This document shows, one piece after another, positions 55,734-64,000 of a stretch of 64,000 nt of DNA; the stretch's first letter is position 1; each line of letters begins with the position of its first letter. Origin of the DNA: Cyanophora paradoxa CCMP329 (Eukaryota > Plantae > Glaucophyta); the NCBI GenBank assembly GCA_004431415.1, contig QPMI01000269.1:39948-103947 (forward strand), in the 5' to 3' direction. The notes beneath the pieces were generated by a model that was given only the letters and a program-made list of their open reading frames with translations, was not told where the DNA came from and searched no databases. The position numbers and the translations under genes were made by a program.

Positions 55734-58700
55734 CTAGGGCGGGGGCCACTGGGAGAGGAGCCAGAAGACGTGGCGCTTGCGCGTCGGCTTCGCCGCCAGC
55801 TCCTGCGCCCCCGGACCCCCCGCTCGCTGCCGGCGGGGCGGGGCGGGGGGCGGGGCGCACGGTGACGCCGGCGTGGAGGAGGCGGGCGCGCTCCTCGGGG
55901 AGGGGGAAGGAGGAGAGGGCGAGGAGGGGGCAGGGGCGGGGCCGCCCCGCCGCCGCCTCGAGGGCGCGCAGGTGGGCGGCGGCGGCGCAGCAGCCCTCCA
56001 GGTCGTCCCCGTCCAGCAGCACCCTGCGCACGAAGTCAGCGGGGGGCGGGACGGCGCGGGCGGGGCGGGACGGGGCGGGGCGCGCAGGTCGTAGGGGTGG
56101 CCGGGGCCGGGGCCGGGGCCCGGGGCGGGGCGGGGGAGGAGCCCCGGGAGGCCGCGGGCCCCGCGGGGCAGGCGGCGACCTCGTGCCCCAGCGCCGCCAG
56201 CGTCCCCCGCAGGAACTCCCGGCTCCCTGCCCCCGCCCCGCCTCAGAAGCCGGAGAAGGGGCGGGGCGGGGCGGGGCGGGGCGGGGCGGGCCGTCGTCGG
56301 GCTCGGCGACGAGGAGGGAGAGGCGGGCGGGGCGCGCCCCGGCCCCGGCCCCGACGCCGGCCCCGACGCTCGCGGGGAGCTCCACGGTGAGGGGCGGCGG
56401 GGCCTCGTGGGGCGGGTCGGGGAGGGGCCGCGAGGGGCTCGGCGAGGCCCGCGCCATGCTCGACGCCGCCGCCAGCGCCAGCTGCTCCCGCGCCCCCGCC
56501 TCCTGTGCCCCGCTCGCTCGCTCGCTCGCTCGCGCCCGGCGGGGAGGGCGTGCGGGCGGGGCCTGCGCACGGCGGGGCGGCTGGCCGGGCGGGCGGCGCT
56601 CCCAGGCGCGCAGCGTCTCGAGGAGCTCCGCCTTTCGCACGGGCTTCGCCAGGAACGCGTCCTGCCCCCGGGGCCCGCCCCCGGCTCAGCGGGGCGGGGC
56701 GGGGGCGGCGGGGGCGGGGATGGGGCGGCGCGCCATGCCAGAGGCAGCGCATCGCTCGCGGTCGCGGGCCGCGGCGTTGGCGGTCATCGCCTGCGGACCG
56801 AGGGCGTCAGAGGCGCGGCGGGGCTGGTAGGGGCGGGTGGCGGGGCCGGGGCGCGCGATGATGGGGACGGGCTCGCGGCCCCACTCGCGGTCCTGCTGCC
56901 GGATGAGCGCCGTCGCCTGGAAGCCCTGCCCCCGCCCCCGCCCCCGCCCACGCGCTCAGCAGGGCTCCAGGCAGAGGCGCCACGGGCCGGCGCCGCGCAC
57001 GTCGACCCGCGGCATCTCCACGTCCTGCGGGGGAGGAGCGGCGGGTAAGCGGGGCGCCGGGATGGGGTTGTGGCGGGGCGGGGCGAGGGTGCGGGGCGGG
57101 CCATGAGAATGACGGAGTAGCGGCGGGCGGGGTCGGCGGACACCCAGGCCTCCGCCACCGCCTCCACCGCCTCCGCCCCTGCGGCCGCGGGCACGCGGCG
57201 GTGAGGCGGGGCGGGGCGGGCGCTGCAGGGCGCGGGGGGCACCGTCGTTGGCGATGTCGACGGCGTAGCCCGAGCTCTCGAGGTACTTGCGCGCGATCAG
57301 CTGGTTCACTGCGCGCCCCCCGCCCCGCCGGCCGCCGTCAGGGCTCGCTCGAGGGCGGGGGCCGGGCCAGGGCATGGCGCGCCGTGGTTGTCTTCGGCGA
57401 CGAGCACGCGCCGCGGCGGGCCGGCCCCGGCCCCGGCCCCGGCCCGGCCCCGGCCCGGCCCCGCCCCCGCGCCGCGTCGCGGGGGCCGCCCGCGGGTCCC
57501 CGCCCCCCGCTGGGGGCGCCGCGGGCCTGCTCGAGGGCGGCGGCGAGGGTGGCGAGGAGGCGGCGCTGCCCGACGGGCTTGGAGGCGGCGCCGGCGAAGC
57601 GGGCGGCGAGGCGCCGCTCCTCCTCGTCCTCCAGCGCGGCGAGGCGGCTGGCGAGGAGCACGCAGGGCGGCTGCCCGGGGCCCTCCAGGGCGATCCCCGC
57701 GCCCTTCAGCATCTCCACCACCCCCGCACGCTCCCTGCGCGCCCCGCGGTCGGCGCGAGGCGGGGCGGCGGGGCGGATCGGTGGGGCGGGTCGGCGGGCG
57801 GGACCGTCGGCGATGGCCTTGTCGGCGAGGACGAGGTCGGCGCCGGCGGCGGCGGCGGCGAGGGCGGCGGGGTCGGCGGCGCCCCGCACGGCGTGCCCGT
57901 ACGCCCGCAGCGTCCGCGCCAGCGCGCCCAGCGCCCGCCCCGGCGCCAGCACCGCCACCGTCGCCGCCGCCCCGCCGGCCGCCGCCCGCAGCGGGTCGGC
58001 CCGCGCCGCGGGGCCCGGACCCGTGCGCCCGACCGCCACGCGGAAGCGGAAGGCGCTGCCCGCGCCCAGCTCGCTGCGCGCCGCCCGCCCCCGCCTCAGC
58101 CGGCGCCGCGCCGCGGAGAACAGGAGCGAGAGGGGCCGCGCCTGGAGACGGCGATGGTGCCGGCGGCGAGGCGCTCGGCGAGGGCCGGCGGGCCGCGCAT
58201 CTCGTGCACCAGGCTCTTCGTGATCGCCAGCCCAAGGCCCGTCCCCTGCGCCTTCTGCGCCCCGCTGCACGGCCCCCGCGCCTCAGGCGAGGCGCCCCTC
58301 GCGCGCCCCGCGGGGCGCCGGCCGCAAGGGCGGCGGCACCTGTCGAGCTGCGAGAAGCGCTGCGGGGGGCGGGCGGGCGGCGTGAGGGTCGTTCAGGCGG
58401 AACGCGTGCGCGGTGAGGCGCGGGGCGCACGTGGAAGAGGCGCTCGAGGTCGCCGGAGCGCATGCCGGGGCCCCTGCCGCCCGGCTCAGGGCGGGCGGAA
58501 AGCAAAGAGGGACGGCGGGGCGGACGTGTCGGAGACGGCGATGTCGAGGTAGGCGATGGCCGCCGCCTCGTCCGCCCGAGGCCCGCCGCCGCCGCCGCCG
58601 CCGCCACCTCCCGCTCCCCCACCGCCCGCACCTGGCCCCGCCCCCGCGTCACTCACCGGCCGCCGGCGCCGGCGCCGGCGCGCGGGGCGGGGCGGGGCGG

Positions 58701-61700
58701 CGGGCCTCGACGCGGACGGCGCGCTCGGCGGGGGGCTTGGCGGGGTCGAAGAACTTGACGGCGTTCCCCGCCAGGTTGATGATGATCTGCAAGGCGGGCC
58801 GGCCGGCAGCCGGGCGCGTCACAAAAACGCCGAACTTCGAAGGGCGGCGGGGGCGGCGGCGGGCGCCTGCTTGAGGCGGTGGGGGTCGCCGACGAGGGCG
58901 GCGGGGCAGGCAGGCTCCACGAGGCTCTCAAGCTGTACCCCGTTCCGCAGCGCCTGCCCCCGCAAGCGCGGCGTCAGCAGGCGACGAGAGGCGGGCAGAG
59001 GGGGGCGGGGAGGGCGGGCCTGGGAGGATATGGTGGCGAGGGAGTCCTCGACGGCGGCGAGCGGGTCGAACTCGTCGGCGGCGAGGGTGATCCGCCCGTG
59101 CTCGAGCGCCGCCAGGTCCAGGAACTGCCCCCCGCCCGCCCGCCCGCTCGGCGCCCAGCGCAGCGGGGGCAAGGGACGCGGGGCGGACGGAGTTGACGAG
59201 GGAGAGGAGGTGCTCGGCGGACTGCTGGAGGACGGCGAGCATGTCGCGCTGCGCCTCGTCCAGCGCCGTCTCCGAGAGCAGCGAGAGCATCCCGCAGATC
59301 CCCGAGCACGGCGTCCGCATCTGCGCCCCGCCCCGTCGGATCGGGTCGGGTCGGATTGGAGGCAGGGCGAGCCTCGTGGGAGGTGTTGGCGAGGAGGGCG
59401 TCCTTGGCGGCGTCCAGGCGCGCCAGGGCCTCGTTCTGGGCCCGCAGCTCCCGCCCCCGCGCCTCCTCCTCGTAGAAGCCGGCCGCCGCCAGGCACGCCC
59501 CCAGCTGCGCCGCCAGCAGCTGCGCCCGCCCGCCCCGCCGCTCACGAGGAAGCCCCGGAGCGCCTGGCGGGGCCGGGCGCGGGGCGCGGCGCGCCTGGAG
59601 GAGCTGTAGGCGCTCGGGGGCGAAGGCGCCGGCGAGGGCGCCGTTCTCGCAGTAGAAGACGCCCTCCACGCCCCCGGCCCGCCGCAGCGGCACGCACAGC
59701 ACCGACAGCGGCGATCCCTGCCCCAGGCGCCCCGCTCGCTCAGGGCGGAGAAGAACTGAAAGGGGGCGGGGCGGGGCGGACGCGGCGGGCGACGTAGGGG
59801 TCGGCGGCGAAGGGCGAGGCGGCGGCGTCGTGGAGCAGCAGCGGCCGCCCCGTCCGCTCCACGAAGCGCACCACGCCGGCCGCCACGCCCTCGCACCCCT
59901 CCAGCCCGCACCCGCGCTCGCTCGCCGCGAACGCGCCCCGCCCGCCCCGCGCCGCCCCGCGCGGCAGCCGCGCCAGCGCCGCCACGCGCAGCGGCTCCTC
60001 GCGGGCCCCGGGGCCCGCAGCAGGAGCGCCCCGCCCTGCGCCCCCGCGTTCTCCAGCAGGATCGGCAGCGCCCGCGCCGCCCCGGAGCCCCTGCGCGGAG
60101 CCCGCTCAGAGCAGGGCGAGGCGGGGCGGGGCGGAGGCAAAAGGGGCGCGCCCGCGGCTGGCGGCCTCAGCGAGGGCTGTCAGGGCGTCCACGAGGGTCT
60201 CCAGGTCCCATCCTGCACCGGGCCCCGCCGGCCCCTCCGCCCCGCCCCGCCCCGGCGCCACCGCGACCTCCGGGCCCGGAGCCGCCAGAGGGAGGGGGTA
60301 CGCCTCCAGCTCCCGCGCCTTGGCGTGCGCCTGACGCACGCATGAGGGGCGCGGCGGGAAACGCGTGAGCGCAGAGAGGGGCGTGCCCCGTACGCGCGGA
60401 AGGCGGCGGCGGCGGAGGAGGCGAGGATGCGGGCGAGGGGCGCGCGGCCGGCGGCGGCGGCGAGGGCGGACGCCGCCTCTCCCGCCATGCCGGCCAGCAG
60501 CCTGCCGCGCCGGAGTCAGCGGGCGCTGGGCGCGGGGCTGGGCACGAGAGGCGGGCGGGGCGGACAGGTTGCCGCGGGCGCGGGCCTCGTCGTGGGCGGC
60601 CAGGAGCGGCTCGAGGGCCGCCCCCGGCCCGCCCCGCCCCAGCGCCGACGCCGCTGCCGCCACCAGCCGCTTCGCGCCGAAGTCCGCCGGCGAGGCCTCC
60701 GCCAGCCTGCGCGCCGCGCCCGTGGGCGGCGGCGGGCGGGCGGGGCGGGGCGGGGCGCACGCCGCGAGGGCCGCCTCGTCGTCGGCGGGGTCCCCGGCAG
60801 GGGCGGCCCCGCGGGGCCCGCAGCCGCAGCAGGGCCCCCAGGAGGGGCGCGTCGTGCACCACCTGCGCCGGGTTGGCGGGGAGGGCGCCGGGGGCGGGCG
60901 GGCGGGGCCGGGCGGGCCATGCGGAGGCGGCGGCCGTTGGCGCGGAGGGCCTCAAGGTCGCCGGGGGCGCCGCCCGCCCGCGCCGGGCCCGCCAGAAGCG
61001 CCGCGTACAGCCGCAGCGCCCGCGCCACGCCCTGCGCCCCCAGAGCCTCAGAGAGAGGCGCGCCCGCGGGAGAAGAGAATCGGAGGGGGAAGGCGCGCAC
61101 GGTGCCGGTGGCGGTCATGGAGAAGGCGGGGGACAGCTCGGGGGCGAAGAGGGGCTGGGCCTCCAGGGCGCCCCACGCGGGCGCGCCCTCGCCGCCCTCC
61201 CCCGCTAGCGCAGCCAGCAGTGCCTGCCGCCAGGTCGGGTCGGGTAGGACGGGCGGGAGGGGTGCGGCGCGCGCGCCTCGAGCCCCTCGCACACGGCCTG
61301 GTGAGCGGCCGGCGCCCCGTCGAAGCCGCGCCGCAGCCCCACCGCTGCCCGCCCCGCCGCGGCGCCCCGTCAGGCGGACAGGAGGAGGAACAGAGGGGGC
61401 GGGGCGGGCGGGCGGGGGCGGACCGACGCGGCGGACGTCGGCGAGGGCGGCGCCGGCGGCGAAGTGCGTCCAGAGCTGAACGAGCCCCGCGAAGTTGAAG
61501 ACCGGCTGCGCGGCGGGGCCCCGCTCAGGCTCTGGGCGGGAGGCCTGCGGGCACAAAGGCGGGGACCTGGTCGAGGGCCTCCCGCCCTGCCTCCACCGCC
61601 GCGTCGGCGAGGCCGGCGAGCTGCCGCCCGTCCGCCACCGCGCTCGGCCCGCACGCGCTCGCCATCAGCAGCGCCCAGCCCGTGTGCCGCGCCCCGCAGC

Positions 61701-64000
61701 GCAGCCGCGCCGCGGCGGCGCGGCCGGCGGCGGCCCAGCGGGCGCCGGCGGGGTGGTCGCCGCGCAGGGAGGAGAGGCAGACCATGCCGAAGGCGGCGAG
61801 CCAGAAGGCCGAGGTGGGCACCAGGCCGCGCCGCGCGCAGAGCGCCGCGCACGCCGCCGTGAGCGCCCCGCACCGCTCCGGCTGCCCGCTCGCCAGCAGG
61901 CCCACGAAGGCCGGCCTGCGCGGCGGTCGTCAGAGGAGCCGAGGGGAAGGGCGCGGGCGGGCGGGCGGCGGGGGGCACCGGCAGGCCTCGAGGCACTCGA
62001 GGAGCTCGCGGTCTCGGGCTTCGGGGAGGGCCCCCGCCGCCTCCGCCGAGCCGGCGGCGGCCAGCACGGCGTCGATGGCGGCGGGGAGGGCCTCGGGGTC
62101 CGCCGGGGGCGACCCGAGCAGCGCCAGCGCCTCCCACGCCGGGCCCGCCGCCTCCGCCATGCGCCCCGAGGCGAGGAGCGCCGTCCCGCGCGCCCGCAGC
62201 AGCCGCAGCCGGTCCCGCACCGTCGCCGCCAGCGGCGCGCACTCCTGCGAGCGAGGCCGCTCAGGGGAAAGAGAGGCGGGAGAGGAGGGCGGGGGCGCGC
62301 GCCTCGAGGAGGGCGAGGGCCTCGAGGGGCCGGCGGGCGGCGGAGCGGCACTCGGCGAGGCTCAGCGCCAGCTCCAGCGCCAGCACCGCCCCCGGCGCCT
62401 CCCCTCCCCCTCCGGAGGCCCCGCGCCCGCTTCGGCGGCGGCGGGCCGTCCCCGTCGCCGGCCGCGTCGCCGGCCTCCGGGAGGAGGGCGCGGGCGGCGG
62501 CGGCGCCGGCCTCGAGGAGGGGGCCGGCGGTGGAGTGGGCCCCCGCGAGGAGGGCCTCGCGCCCCGCGTGGAGACACGCCCGGGCGACCGCCGCCCCGTG
62601 CCCGGGGGCCGCCGCCAGCCCCGCGCGCGCCCCGGCGACCAGCAGCTCGGCCACGCGGTAGCCGGTCCCGCGCTCCCGCCGGAGCGCGGCGTCGCGCGCG
62701 GCGGCCTCGGCGAGGCGCAGGCCGACCTCGAACATGTGCCGGGCCGGCGGGCCCGGCGCGAGCGCCAGGCAGGCCCGCTGCAGCGTATCGTGCACGAACC
62801 CGAACGAGCCGTCCGGGCAGCAGCGCAGCACGCCGCCGCCGCCGCCTCCGCCAGCGCCCCGCCGGGCTCGCACCCGGCGGCCGCCGCGAGGAGAGCGCGG
62901 GAGAAGCCCTCCCCGAGCAGAGCCGCGACCTGCGTGCGTGCGGGGCGTGAGGGGGCGCGGCGCGGCGCTGCGGGCGGGGCGGGCGGACGGAGAGGACGCT
63001 GCGGGTGGCCTCAGAGAGGCTCGGGAGGGCCGCCGCCAGCGCCTCCGCCGCGCAGCTCGTCGGCTCGACGGCCGAGGCGGCGGCCGCGGCGTCCCAGGCC
63101 CAGGCCGGGCGGCCGGGGGCGCGGGCGAGGGCGCCGGCGCGGTGGAGGGCGAGGAGGGCGCGCGTCAGGGCGAAGGGGCTCCCGAGGGTGGCGCGGTGGA
63201 GGAGGGCGGCGAGGGGCGCGCAGGCGGCGGGGCGGGCGCCCCCAGCGCGTCCGCCACCAGCGCCTCCGTCTCCGGCAGCGAGAGGGGGCCCACCTCGACC
63301 TGCGCGGCCCTCAGCGGCGGGTCAGAGACGGTCGAGCGGGCAGGGCACAGACCTGGGCGACGGGGCAGCCGGCGGCGGCGACGGAGGCGACGAGGGCGGC
63401 GGGGTCGGGGGCGTCGGGGGCGGCGGGGCCCTCCGGGGGCCGGAAGGCGGTGCAGAAGAGGAGCGGGGCGGGATGCTCGGCGCCCGGGCGGGCGGCGGCG
63501 CAGGCGCGGGCGACGAAGGCCAGGCTCTCGGCGTCCGCCCACTGCACGTCGTCCAGCAGCAGCAGCAGCGGCCGCCCCGGCGGCGGGCCCATCACGCAGC
63601 GGAACAGCTCCTCTGCGCGGGGCGTCGCTTGGGTCCCGGGAGAGCGTGGAGTGGTGCGGCGCCGAGGCGCACCGAAGGAGCGGAGGAGGAGGGCGGTGGC
63701 GGAGGACGTGGGCGCCTCCCGCGGCGGCGACGGCGTCGCCGAGCCCGAGGCCTGCGCGGCGTGAGGGCCGTAGGGAGCCGCGGGGCGGGGAGGGGCGGGC
63801 CTCGGGGGCGGGGGCGGGGTCGGGCCCGAAGAGGAGGAGGGGGAGGTCGGGGACGAGGGCGCGGAGGGCGTGCGCGTGGGGCGTCCCCTCGCGCAGCCGC
63901 CCCTCGAAGTACCCCCGCAGCCGCTCCACCGCCCCCGCCAGCGCCTCCAAGCCCGCCAGCGCCTGCGCGCCGCTTTGAGCCGCGCGCCTCGGACGGGGCG
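55734..64000 (-). CDS. Hybrid histidine kinase: AAA/STAND-type ATPase - helical region - GAF - HisKA - HATPase - receiver domains; 5' part lies outside the window
   Basis: LLLLDDVQWAD (Walker B), FVHDTLQ, SVLCVPL..GVFYCEN..AF (GAF), NTSHE|MRTP (H box), NLAGNAVKF, GTGLGLAI, GAGSAFRF, VLVAEDN, ILM|DVEMP, FLAKP. Confidence 0.92.

Noticed and set aside
2055-63978. Hundreds of long Arg/Pro/Gly/Ala-rich ORFs on both strands
   Set aside because: Expected from very high GC and stop-poor frames; they are shadows or read-throughs of spliced genes.

Overview
This is a very GC-rich, gene-dense eukaryotic window with many short (about 50-80 nt) spliceosomal introns, so most long ORFs in the supplied track are GC/shadow artefacts. 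Gene models here were pieced together by hand from motifs and splice sites. The style is reminiscent of a glaucophyte or similar high-GC alga, but that is unverified inference. About 12 host genes are visible and 10 of them belong to the ubiquitin system: two TRAF-type RING genes, a beta-helix+RING gene, two RBR ligases, a RING-H2 ligase, a NEMO/optineurin-like zinc-finger adaptor, and a three-member family of CBM48-like + herpes-tegument-like (VTD) deubiquitinase proteins. One family member keeps Cys and Asp-Ser-His; the other two appear catalytically dead and carry an N-terminal UBZ-like finger. A 21-kb mobile island (about 22.6-43.4 kb) splits a head-to-head RBR/DUB gene pair. It holds an Ngaro-like tyrosine-recombinase retrotransposon whose RNase H is interrupted by a 5'-truncated LINE (exact 15-bp TSD), followed by an 8.3-kb Ginger2/TDD-like DDE transposon with 109-bp TIRs, a convergent cargo gene and a private CAACGCA/TGCGTTG motif. 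The window ends inside a large AAA-GAF hybrid histidine kinase gene. Host introns frequently use GC donors and show a C-rich 5' half and a G-rich 3' half that could pair around the branch point.
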